Source: an uncultured Chloroflexia bacterium
GTDB lineage: Bacteria > Chloroflexota > Limnocylindria > Limnocylindrales > CSP1-4
Length of the DNA: 64,000 nt
NCBI GenBank assembly: GCA_963713975.1
Contig: OY970218.1
Span: forward strand, 416,001 to 480,000
Direction: 5' to 3'
Shown here: positions 37,361 to 46,135 of the stretch, in pieces
How positions within the stretch are numbered: the stretch's first letter is position 1
Layout: each line of letters begins with the position of its first letter
Position numbers and translations under genes: made by a program
Notes under the pieces: generated by a model
Databases searched by the model: none
The model's input: only the letters and a program-made list of their open reading frames with translations
Told to the model about the DNA's origin: nothing

Positions 37361-38803
37361 TCAGGCTCCCATCGTCCGGGCCGGGTCCCGGAGCGCGGCG
37401 ACGTCGACCGGGGTGCGGTCCGCCGCCACGGTGTCTGCGGCGGCGGGGTCGGCGGCGGCAGCGGCCTCACGCCGGGCAAGCAGGGCCGCAAAGCCCGGCG
37501 CCGAGGAGCGGCGCGCGGCCGCTTCGGCCATCGCGGCCTCGATCGCGGGCCCGAACGGGGACCTGAGCACGCCGGTCTCGGTCACGATCGCGTCGACCAG
37601 CCCCACCGGCACCAGGTCCTGCAGCGGGTTGCGGACCTGCGTTCCCTCGGGGGCGACGCGGGTGCCTGCGGCCCGCAGGACGAGGTTCGGGCGGCCCTGC
37701 TCGATGGTTGCCGCGTCGCCGTCGCCGGTCGTCGGATCGATGGCCGTGGTGGCGGCGCACACGACGAACGGGATCCCCGCCGCCGCGGCGGCAAGGGCGA
37801 GGGGATAGGCACCGGCCGTGGTGATCACATCCCCGTTCGCGGCAATCCGGTCTGCCCCCACGAGGACCATGGACACCTCGCCGGCGGTGATGCACCCGGG
37901 GGCCGCGGCGTCCGTGACGATGGCGTGGGGCACGCCGGCCTGGCGCAGCTCCCAGGCGGCGATCCTCGATCCAACGAATCCCGGCCGACCCTCGGCCACC
38001 AGCGCGTGGACCGGGCGTTTCGCGTGGTGGGCGGTCTGCACGGCCGACAGGGCGGTCCCGAACTGGCCGCCGCCCATGGCCCCCGTGCTGCCGGCAACGA
38101 GCAGGTTGAGCTGGGAAGCCGGCGAGCCCGGGAGGATGTCGAGCAGGTGGCCCACGAGGGCCCCGTGGTCGTCCGACGCCTCGGCGATGATCAGCTCCGC
38201 CTCGGCCGACAGGGCGGCAGCGAGCGGCTCGCCCTCCGCCTCCGACCCCAGCAATTCGAGCACGGCCAGCATCCGGTCGAGGGACGCGGCCATGGCGGCA
38301 GACCCGGGCCGGGCGAGGCGCAGCGCGTTGGCGGCACCGCGGATCGTCGCTCGCCGGGCGAACGGCCGCGAGCCGGCGCTCCTGGCGGCGAGGATCGCCA
38401 GCGTCACGGCGGCCACCTGTGCCTGAACCGGAGACCCCACGATCGCGCCATCGTTGATGGCGGTGACGGCATCGGCGGCACTGCGCAGCTCGACATCCAC
38501 GAGGACGTCCGGCAGGCGGCGCTGGTCCACCACGCGGCAGACATCGCGGTCCCAGCGGAACGGCGCCCGCCAGCCGGCCGTGGACGCATCGGACTCCAAA
38601 AGTGCCGGTCGGGCCCCGAACCCGCCGCCCTGCGCCGGAGCGGTCGGGTCGTTGCCAAGCAGCTCCCGCGCGGCCTCGGCGGAGGTCTGCTGCAGGGTCT
38701 GCGCCGCGCCCAGCACGCTGCCCACGGACGTGACCACATCGCCGGCAAACTGCCGGAAGAAGCGTCGCCGGTCGGGATCGGGGGGCTGGACGGGATCGGT
38801 CAA
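37361..38803 (-). CDS. Divergent MtnA / eIF-2B-like family protein (catalytic residues altered)
   Basis: VDQRRLP, AWEL, VGADRIAANGD and IVTETG identify the fold, but the canonical RGAP, THCN, ETRP..QG and NKIG motifs are changed. Confidence 0.85.
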   Translation of the reverse strand: MTDPVQPPDPDRRRFFRQFAGDVVTSVGSVLGAAQTLQQTSAEAARELLGNDPTAPAQGGGFGARPALLESDASTAGWRAPFRWDRDVCRVVDQRRLPDVLVDVELRSAADAVTAINDGAIVGSPVQAQVAAVTLAILAARSAGSRPFARRATIRGAANALRLARPGSAAMAASLDRMLAVLELLGSEAEGEPLAAALSAEAELIIAEASDDHGALVGHLLDILPGSPASQLNLLVAGSTGAMGGGQFGTALSAVQTAHHAKRPVHALVAEGRPGFVGSRIAAWELRQAGVPHAIVTDAAAPGCITAGEVSMVLVGADRIAANGDVITTAGAYPLALAAAAAGIPFVVCAATTAIDPTTGDGDAATIEQGRPNLVLRAAGTRVAPEGTQVRNPLQDLVPVGLVDAIVTETGVLRSPFGPAIEAAMAEAAARRSSAPGFAALLARREAAAAADPAAADTVAADRTPVDVAALRDPARTMGA

Positions 38804-38848
38804 TGCAGGTCCGGGCGCCGGGGGCGTGCGCGGCCGCGCCTCACCGGT

Positions 38849-39370
38849 TCAGTAGGAGATGACGCTCGTCACCTTGCGGCCCTCAAGGCGGTCGCGACCC
38901 TTGAGGAATTCGAGCTCCACCAGGAACGCGAGCCCCACGACTTCGCCCTTGAGGCGCTCGATCAGCTCGATCGTGCCGCGGACGGTGCCGCCGGTCGCCA
39001 GGAGGTCGTCCACGATCAGGACGCGCTGCCCGGGCTCGATGGCGTCGCGGTGGATCTCCAGGGTGTTCGACCCGTACTCCAGCGCGTACTCCACGGTGAG
39101 CGTCTCGGCCGGCAGCTTGCCCAGCTTGCGCACGGGGACCAGGCCTGTCCTGAGCTCGTAGGCCATGGGCGCCGAGAAGATGAACCCGCGCGATTCCATG
39201 CCCACGACGATGTCCACCTGCTCGTCCCGATAGGGCTCGAGCATGAGGTCGATCGACTCCTTGTAGGCGGCCGGATCCTTGAGCAGCGTGGTGATGTCGT
39301 AGAACAGGATGCCGGGCTTCGGGAAGTCAGGGATCTCGCGAATCTTCGCGCGAAGCGTCTCGGCGGACAT
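38849..39370 (-). CDS. apt: Adenine phosphoribosyltransferase
   Basis: IPDFPKPGILFYDIT, ESRGF, RKLGKLP, YALEYG, IVDDLLATGGT. Confidence 0.97.
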   Translation of the reverse strand: MSAETLRAKIREIPDFPKPGILFYDITTLLKDPAAYKESIDLMLEPYRDEQVDIVVGMESRGFIFSAPMAYELRTGLVPVRKLGKLPAETLTVEYALEYGSNTLEIHRDAIEPGQRVLIVDDLLATGGTVRGTIELIERLKGEVVGLAFLVELEFLKGRDRLEGRKVTSVISY

Positions 39371-39436
39371 GGAGTTCGAGAACCTCCGGTACTGGCGCGA
39401 TGGGCAGCGCCGAGAGCCTGCGGACAGGCCGAGCCG

Positions 39437-40876
39437 CTAGTCTACCGCAGCCGAAACCGCGCTCCGCGGCGCGACGAAGGTCCAGACCCTGCCGGACGCG
39501 AGCACGCCCAGCACGGCGGCGCCGATCGACACGGCGAAGACCGCCGCGAGCGCTGCGCCCAGGCCGTCGGGCCCGCCGCGCACACCCGCCGCCGTGACGG
39601 CGCCCGCGACCCCCGCGCCGAGCGCCGTGCCCAGGATGTCGCTCAGCTGCAACGACGACGATGCGCTGCCCTGCTCGCTCTTGTCGACGCCACGCAGGAC
39701 CACCAGCGTGACCGCCGAGTACATGAAGCCCATGCCGAGCCCGGGGATCGCCCAGGTGATGATCGTGATCTCCGGCGGCACCCAGGCCAGCAGGGCCGGC
39801 AGCGTGAGGAGCCCCCCGACTACCAGGCACGCGAAGCCGAGGGCCACGAAGCGACCCGGCCCGTAACGGTCGATCCGGCGGGCCTGCGCCCAGGTGCCGA
39901 TCGTCCAGGCGATCGTGGTAACGGTGAAGACGACGCCGGTGAGCGTGGCCGGCGTGCCCCTCCAGGTCTGCAGCAGCAGCGCGATGTAGGCATCGGCCGC
40001 AAAGAACGAGAAGGTCATCAGGCCGCGCAGCAGGACGGCCGCCGGCACGCCGCGGGCGAGACGGAGCGTCCCCGGTGGGGTGAGCCAGCGGAACGCCGGC
40101 AGGAGGAGTGCGCCACCGAGGGCAACGCCCGCGACCAGGATCGGCGGGCTGGTGGCACCCAGCGCGGCGACCAGGATGGCGGCGCCGGCGGCCGCGACCA
40201 GGGCCACGGCCAGTCGTCGCAGGTTGCCTGCAGGCCGAGGGTCGCCGCTTCCGATCCGTGCCACGGCCGGGGGGACGCGGCGCAGAGCGCTGAACGCGAC
40301 CCCACCCGCTACGACCAGCAGGGGGATCAGGCCGAGGAAGACCCATCGCCACCCGAAGAACTCGCCCACGACCGCCGCCAGCGAGGGCCCCAGGACCCCG
40401 GGCACGACCCACGCGGTCGACAGCATGGCGAACATGCGCGGCTGGAGCTGATCGGGGAGGCTGCGACCGATCGCGACGTACGCGGCCGGGGTCACGGCGC
40501 CCGCCCCCAGGCCCTGGAGGAATCTCGCGCCGATGAGCACCGGCATCGATGGGGCGAGTCCGCCGATCGCCAGCCCGAGACCGAACAGCGCGAGGCCGAC
40601 GGCGAAGGGCCGGTGGAGGGGCACCCGGTCGAGCACCCCTCCCGAGATCACGATCCCGATCAGGCTGCCCAGGAAGAACGCCGTGTAGACCCAGCCGTAC
40701 AGCGCGAGATCGCCAAGCTCGTCCGCGACGATCGGCATCACCGTTCCGATGGCCAGCGACTCGAGCGCAACGAGCGTGATCGTCGAGACGAGGCCGAGCG
40801 TCAGGCCACGCAGGCCGGGCGCGAAGAGATCGGACGTGCGCGCCGGTGCGGCAGGGGCGCTCTCGGTCACGGACAC
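39437..40876 (-). CDS. MFS transporter (DHA2-like efflux)
   Basis: About 14 TM segments; GARFLQGLGAG, GWRWVFL. Confidence 0.9.
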   Translation of the reverse strand: MSVTESAPAAPARTSDLFAPGLRGLTLGLVSTITLVALESLAIGTVMPIVADELGDLALYGWVYTAFFLGSLIGIVISGGVLDRVPLHRPFAVGLALFGLGLAIGGLAPSMPVLIGARFLQGLGAGAVTPAAYVAIGRSLPDQLQPRMFAMLSTAWVVPGVLGPSLAAVVGEFFGWRWVFLGLIPLLVVAGGVAFSALRRVPPAVARIGSGDPRPAGNLRRLAVALVAAAGAAILVAALGATSPPILVAGVALGGALLLPAFRWLTPPGTLRLARGVPAAVLLRGLMTFSFFAADAYIALLLQTWRGTPATLTGVVFTVTTIAWTIGTWAQARRIDRYGPGRFVALGFACLVVGGLLTLPALLAWVPPEITIITWAIPGLGMGFMYSAVTLVVLRGVDKSEQGSASSSLQLSDILGTALGAGVAGAVTAAGVRGGPDGLGAALAAVFAVSIGAAVLGVLASGRVWTFVAPRSAVSAAVD

Positions 40877-40924
40877 GTCGGCAATTCTGCCCGAGACCGG
40901 GGGCGCGCGCGGGCGGGGGACTTC

Positions 40925-41773
40925 TCAGTAGTTGCGGTCGAGCGCCACCCGTGCGAGCTTCACGGCGATGCTGCCACCGGGCACGAGGAGCCCGACCGTG
41001 TCGGCACCGATGTCGAACAGGGCGTCCCGGCTGACCATCCGCGTGAACTGGCTGACCTTGAGCGCTCCGGCGGTCCGGGTCTCTCCCGTCAGCGCATCGA
41101 CCTCCACCACGCCCCGCTTGTCCTTGGCCGGCAGGTGGTATTCGAAGGCCCACACCGGCCGGTAGAACAGCTCCAGGTGCTCGACAGCCAGCGACTCCTC
41201 GAAGACCGTGTCCGCCTGGAGCGGCCGCAGCACCTTGGCCAGCAGCTGGCGGACGATCGCCGACGCCCGCTGCTCGGGCGGGACGACCATGGTCTCCTCC
41301 CCGGCGAGCGCCAGCGGGTCCTCGACCTCCGTGCGAACGCCGGCGGTGAGTGCAGCTCCATTGCTCATCACAGCGCCGGTCAGGCCGTCCACGAACAGCT
41401 CGTCCCGGACGTCGTCCGCGCAGTGCTCGAGGATCTCGATCGCAAACGCGGTCGAACCCTTGCCGGACGGCACGACCGGGATGTCCGAGCCCAGGATCGT
41501 CACGCTGCGGACGTCGCTCGCGCTCGTGGGCACCGTGTACAGGCGACTCCGGTCGTAGACGTAGTGCGCAGTGCAGGCCACGTGCCAGAACGGCTCCACC
41601 CGGCGCTGGGTGGCGGCGAGGATGACGTCCTCCGCCTTCGGTCGCTGCAGCAGTCCGCCGAAGCCGGAACCGAGTGCGCCCACCCTCTTCTCGTCCGCGC
41701 GCCGGCGCAGCTCTTCGATCGGCAGTCGCGGCTCGAGGCCGTAGATGCGCGGTTCACCGAGCGAGATGTCCAT
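40925..41773 (-). CDS. Conserved-looking hypothetical soluble protein
   Basis: 282 aa with strong GC3 codon bias; EPFW, LFYRPVWAFEY, VDALTG and LFDIGADTVGLLVPGG segments. Confidence 0.75.
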   Translation of the reverse strand: MDISLGEPRIYGLEPRLPIEELRRRADEKRVGALGSGFGGLLQRPKAEDVILAATQRRVEPFWHVACTAHYVYDRSRLYTVPTSASDVRSVTILGSDIPVVPSGKGSTAFAIEILEHCADDVRDELFVDGLTGAVMSNGAALTAGVRTEVEDPLALAGEETMVVPPEQRASAIVRQLLAKVLRPLQADTVFEESLAVEHLELFYRPVWAFEYHLPAKDKRGVVEVDALTGETRTAGALKVSQFTRMVSRDALFDIGADTVGLLVPGGSIAVKLARVALDRNY

Positions 41774-41886
41774 GTGCGCCCCACTGCTTCGTTCGTCACC
41801 CCGGATGGGCGAACGATAGTCGAGCCGGAAGGCGGAGATGGGGGCGATCGCGGCCGACCCCGCGCGGACCCCCTGCTCCGGGCACA

Positions 41887-42921
41887 TCACCCCGGACCCC
41901 GGCGCAGGAACCAGATGTGCGGCCCGCCGCCGGGGGCGTCCGCCTCCGCCATCACCTCGAAGCCGAACCGCCGGTACAGCGCCAGGTTGCCGGGCACACC
42001 GGTCTCCAGGAACAGCGGCACGCGATCGGCATCGGTGCGGTGAATGGCGTGGCGGATCAGCGCCCCGCCGATCCCGCGCCCCTGCGCCGCAGGCTCCACG
42101 GCGAGCTGGTCCAGCATCCAGTGCGGCTCGTCGGGGAACATGGACCCGATCCATGCCCACAGCCGGTCATGTCGCTCGCCACCATCGGGAAACAGGCCGG
42201 CAAGCGCGGGCGCTGCCATCGCCGCCAGCTCCTGCTCCCGGGCCACGCTCCCGGGCGGCAGCAGCGCCATCACGCCCAGGCCGTCGGCTGCCTCCAGGAT
42301 CCAGCCCTCCGCGGCGTACGGCGTGTCGACGGCCTCGAACATGGCGCGGATCCGGGCGGTCAGGTCGTCGCTCGTGACCAACGGCCAGGTCGTCATCGAG
42401 TCCCGGGCGAAGGCGCGGGCGAGCACGCCGGCCAGTGCCGGGACCTCCGCTGGACCCACCTTGCGGACCGCCACGGGGCCCGCCGGTCCATCCAGCCGGG
42501 TGACGACGCGGAACCGTTCTGCCGCGATCAACGTGTCGTCGGTGATCGCGAACGCCGGATCACGGAGGCTCGCCCGGAGGTCGTCGAGATAGCCGTTCCA
42601 GAACCGCTCGTGGGCCACGCGGAACTCCGCGGCATTCGCGTAGCCCTCTCCCTCGTCGATGGCATGGCGGTCATCGACGTCCGCCAGGCGGACAACGCTG
42701 CAGGCGACCGTCTCGAGGATGGCGACCGGCCGTTCGGCCGAGTCTACGAGGATCGACCGCTCCCCCGCCGTCGGCACGGCCTCACCGTCCAGCTCCATCT
42801 CGACGACCAGGCCGGCGGTCGTCGTCTTCGTGCCGGCCACCGCCAGCGCCGTCAGCTCGTCCCGGAGGCTGCCCGGAAACGCGAAGCCCCAGCGCGGCAG
42901 GTCGGAGGGATCGCCGTTCAT
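41887..42921 (-). CDS. ASCH domain (YhfF-like) fused to a GNAT acetyltransferase
   Basis: AGTKTTT, IDEGEG and HERFW (ASCH); LAVEPAAQGRGIG, LETG and NLALYRRFGF (GNAT). ATG lies 7 nt after TACGAT. Confidence 0.85.
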   Translation of the reverse strand: MNGDPSDLPRWGFAFPGSLRDELTALAVAGTKTTTAGLVVEMELDGEAVPTAGERSILVDSAERPVAILETVACSVVRLADVDDRHAIDEGEGYANAAEFRVAHERFWNGYLDDLRASLRDPAFAITDDTLIAAERFRVVTRLDGPAGPVAVRKVGPAEVPALAGVLARAFARDSMTTWPLVTSDDLTARIRAMFEAVDTPYAAEGWILEAADGLGVMALLPPGSVAREQELAAMAAPALAGLFPDGGERHDRLWAWIGSMFPDEPHWMLDQLAVEPAAQGRGIGGALIRHAIHRTDADRVPLFLETGVPGNLALYRRFGFEVMAEADAPGGGPHIWFLRRGPG

Positions 42922-43012
42922 GCCGCGGATCGTACGTCGCGGGAGGGCCGCGGGCAGTCCGCGCGCAGTCCCGAGGGTGACGCCTTGCCCTCCGATCGGC
43001 GACACTGCGCCC

Positions 43013-43579
43013 ATGGATCCAAACGAAGCGCCCTCGCATCCACCCGCTCGCGACCTGGACGTGCACCTCGGCCACGTCCTGTCATCGCCCCATGACGCCG
43101 CCCCGCTGGAGCTGATCGTCGCTCGCCCCGCCCCTGGCGAACGCCTGGTCTTGGACGCAGGCAGCCTGGACGGGGCACACGGGCTCGTCGGGGACGGATG
43201 GCTCGCCCGCGGCAGCCGCTCGACGCTGGACCACGCGGCCAACCCGGCGGCCCAGCTCACGCTCATGAGCACCCGCGTGCTGGCCGCCATCGAACCCGAC
43301 AGCGCGCGCTGGCCGCTCGCCGGGGACCAGCTCTACCTGGACATGGACCTGTCGGCCGAGAACCTCCCGGCCGGGACGCGGCTGACCGTCGGGAGCGCGG
43401 TCCTCGAGGTGACGGACCTGCCGCACACCGGCTGTGCCCAGTTCAGCGCCCGCTTCGGCGCCGATGCACTGCGCTGGATCAGCACGCCGGTCGGGCTTGC
43501 GGCGCGGATGCGCGGGATGTACGTCCGCGTGGTAGCGGACGGACCGGTCAGGGTGGGCGATATCGTCAGGAAGGCCTGA
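43013..43579 (+). CDS. MOSC domain protein
   Basis: GLVGDGW, AGDQLYLD, PHTGCAQF, RGMYVRVV..GPVRVGD. Confidence 0.85.
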   Translation: MDPNEAPSHPPARDLDVHLGHVLSSPHDAAPLELIVARPAPGERLVLDAGSLDGAHGLVGDGWLARGSRSTLDHAANPAAQLTLMSTRVLAAIEPDSARWPLAGDQLYLDMDLSAENLPAGTRLTVGSAVLEVTDLPHTGCAQFSARFGADALRWISTPVGLAARMRGMYVRVVADGPVRVGDIVRKA

Positions 43580-43624
43580 GCGTTCGGCGGCCCAGGGGAC
43601 GCTGCGCCCGGACTTGGGACCCGC

Positions 43625-43990
43625 TCAGCCCTTCCCGGCCGCGGCGGTCTCGTCGAGACGGATCTTCACGATCCGCGCGATCAGGACCAGCGGCAGCGGC
43701 CTGTCGGCTGGAAACTGGAGCGTACCCCTCCCCTTGACGAAGGGGGCGACCTCGTCGCCAAGGGTGTCGATGATCACCTGGCTCGCCGGAAACATGCTGT
43801 AGTGCCGTTTGTAGGCGCCGAACGACACCATGAACCGGCCACTCAGGCGGTAGGCAGGCATGTCGTAGGCGATGACCTCGACCGCCTCGGGTGCCGCCGT
43901 CACGACGGTCCGGCGCAGGTCCTGCAGCCCTCCCCGGCGATCCTCGGGGGCGGCCGCGATGTAGGCATCGACGGTGTCCGGTTTGGCCAT
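43625..43990 (-). CDS. DUF1801 (YdhG-like) protein
   Basis: TVDAYIAA, APEAVEVIAYDMPAY, KRHYSMFP, GTLQFP. Confidence 0.88.
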   Translation of the reverse strand: MAKPDTVDAYIAAAPEDRRGGLQDLRRTVVTAAPEAVEVIAYDMPAYRLSGRFMVSFGAYKRHYSMFPASQVIIDTLGDEVAPFVKGRGTLQFPADRPLPLVLIARIVKIRLDETAAAGKG

Positions 43991-44201
43991 GGCGTGCTCC
44001 TCGATCGGGACTCCTGGGACGCGGCCGCGATCCGGGTCGAGCGTACCGCGGGACGCCCACGCCGGCACGCCGTGGGCGGGTGCCGCCAACCGTAGACTGG
44101 GCACGCGACCTTGACGACCGATTTCGGCCTGGGCTGCGGGGCACGGGAGATCCACGATCTCGACCTTCATCGACTGGCTCGAGCGCCGTTCTCCACGGAG
44201 C

Positions 44202-45017
44202 GTGGTCGCGGCCGCCTTGGCCCTGGCGCCCCTGCTCGGCATCATCGACGCCCTGACCGGCTTCGAGATCTCGTTCTCGTTCTTCTACCTGCTGCCGGTG
44301 GCCCTCGCCGCGTGGGCGGCCGGGAGACGCGCGGGCACGTTCATGGCGGCGCTCTGCGCAATCATCTGGCTGGTCGCCAACCAGCTCGCCGGCGAGGCAT
44401 TCTCGGCACCTGGCGTCGCGTTCTGGAACACGATCACCCGGTTCGGCTTCTTCGTGGTCGTCGCCATCCTGCTCTCGGAGTTCCGCCGGCTCCTCCGCGT
44501 GGAGCGCGGGCTCGCCCGCTCCGACCAGCTGACGGGCCTCCTGAACAAGCGGGTCTTCTACGACATCGTCGAAGCGGAGCTCGATCGGTCGCGGCGGTAT
44601 CCGCACACGCTGACCCTCCTGTATCTCGATCTCGACAACTTCAAGGAGTACAACGACTCGCGGGGCCACGAGGCGGGCGACCGCCAGCTGACCCGCGTGG
44701 CAAGCGCGATCAGGGCAAGCGTCCGAGCGGTCGACTCGGTCGCTCGACTGGGGGGCGACGAGTTCGGGGTCCTGCTGCCAGAGACGGACCAGGTCGCAGC
44801 CCGGGCTCTCGGGGACCGGCTCCTGGAAGCACTCCGCACGCCCGGTGCCGACGGGTCTCCATCGCTGACCGCGAGCATCGGCGCGGTGACCTGCCGGGTC
44901 CTGCCCGAGAGCGTGGGTGAGCTCGTGGCGGCGGCGGATGCGCTCATGTACGAGGTCAAGCGCTCGACTCGCGATGACGTGCGCTACCTCGAGTACGCGG
45001 GCCCGCAGGCCGGCTGA
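44202..45017 (+). CDS. Membrane-anchored diguanylate cyclase (GGDEF)
   Basis: N-terminal TM region; DQLTGLLN, DLDNFK.YND..GH..GD, RAVD I-site and intact GGDEF. Start uncertain (possibly 44157). Confidence 0.9.
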   Translation: MVAAALALAPLLGIIDALTGFEISFSFFYLLPVALAAWAAGRRAGTFMAALCAIIWLVANQLAGEAFSAPGVAFWNTITRFGFFVVVAILLSEFRRLLRVERGLARSDQLTGLLNKRVFYDIVEAELDRSRRYPHTLTLLYLDLDNFKEYNDSRGHEAGDRQLTRVASAIRASVRAVDSVARLGGDEFGVLLPETDQVAARALGDRLLEALRTPGADGSPSLTASIGAVTCRVLPESVGELVAAADALMYEVKRSTRDDVRYLEYAGPQAG

Positions 45018-45072
45018 CCGGCCACCCGGTGGCGTCGCGGCCCAACGCGGGACGCCCACCCCGGTACGTGGT

Positions 45073-45582
45073 TCAGCCGGTGGGCGGATCCTCGGCCAGG
45101 CGCCCATCGCCCCAGGCGAAGTCCCAGGCATCGATCGCGGGGGGCTCGATCCCGAGCGCCGTGAGCGCCGTGCAGATCTGGCTGCGGTGATCGGTCCCGT
45201 GGTGCAGCGCCTGCGCCAGCCGGATGGTGAGCGGCGCGTGACTCGCCGAGCCGTCCTCGCGATGCCTGGTGACGATGGTGCCGGCGTCGAGGTCGCCCGC
45301 CATGAGCGCGGCCCAACCCGACCCGTGGCGGTCCATCACGTCGCGAAGCTCGGCCAGGCCCAGCTGCTCCTCGTCGATGTCGGGCGTCTGCCCATCGGTC
45401 AGGACGGAGAGATACGAGGCGTCGGCGCCGACCAGGTGGCGCATCGTCTCGAGGATCGAGCCGAAGGTTCCCGGGACCCCGGAGGCCAGCTGCTCGGGGT
45501 CGAGCGCCAGGCATGTGTCGATCAACTTCTTCGTCGCCCACACGTGGTGCGCGAACGCGTCTGCAAGCAGTGAGCCGTTCAT
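45073..45582 (-). CDS. DinB family protein
   Basis: HHVWAT, SILETMRHL, HHGTDHRSQI. Confidence 0.88.
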   Translation of the reverse strand: MNGSLLADAFAHHVWATKKLIDTCLALDPEQLASGVPGTFGSILETMRHLVGADASYLSVLTDGQTPDIDEEQLGLAELRDVMDRHGSGWAALMAGDLDAGTIVTRHREDGSASHAPLTIRLAQALHHGTDHRSQICTALTALGIEPPAIDAWDFAWGDGRLAEDPPTG

Positions 45583-45617
45583 CGGCGCACCCTACCACCC
45601 CGTGTCGAGCACCCTGG

Positions 45618-46070
45618 CTAGCCGCCGCCCGGCTCGTCGCTGCGGTGGCCCTGGATGTTCAGGGCCGTGCTCGGGACGAACAGCACGAGATAGAGCGCCC
45701 AGGCGGCCGGCGCGATGTTCCAGAGCGGCCACCACATGAACATCTGGGCGGCGAAGTAGAGCGCGAGGTATGGAAGGAAGATGCGCCAGGTGATCGGCGG
45801 GCGGCGCCACTGGCTCGGCCGCCAGAGGTCGACCAACGCGCCGAACAACGCCCAGCCGCCCATCAGGAGCGGACCGGTGAACAGCCTCCAGGACTGCCCG
45901 TCAAGGACGAGCCACGCCCCGAGCGGCAGGCCCAGCATCGAGAAGGCATACACCGCCCAGCCGTAGCGCTGCGCAAGATGCGGCGACCAGCGACGCGCCG
46001 CGAAGAAGCCCAGCAGCAGCGCCTGGGACGCGACGCCGAACGCCGCGAACGCGATCTCGGGCCCGGTCAC
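45618..46070 (-). CDS. Small membrane protein (about 5 TM)
   Basis: Hydrophobic and aromatic-rich ORF; GGAG SD before the GTG. Confidence 0.7.
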   Translation of the reverse strand: MTGPEIAFAAFGVASQALLLGFFAARRWSPHLAQRYGWAVYAFSMLGLPLGAWLVLDGQSWRLFTGPLLMGGWALFGALVDLWRPSQWRRPPITWRIFLPYLALYFAAQMFMWWPLWNIAPAAWALYLVLFVPSTALNIQGHRSDEPGGG

Positions 46071-46135
46071 CTGTGCTTCTCCACGGAGAGATCGTGGACA
46101 GGCCCGGTGTCGGGCTCAAGATGCGAACGACCCGT

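Noticed and set aside
39404-39470. Partial resemblance to an SAH riboswitch upstream of the apt-ahcY run (GCCGCGGAGCGC...GGCTCGGC...CGGCGCT on the minus strand)
   Set aside because: It lacks the conserved UGC and CCAGG core. The 5' half lies inside the MFS coding sequence, and a TAGACT -10-like hexamer at 39439..39444 would start transcription in the middle of it. An Infernal search would settle the question.
36467-42043. 1858-aa plus-strand ORF
   Set aside because: It is the antisense shadow of five consecutive real minus-strand genes (GNAT, mtnA-like, apt, MFS, hypothetical) that share one reading register. It is Arg/Gly/Ala-rich with no motifs, as expected at this GC content.
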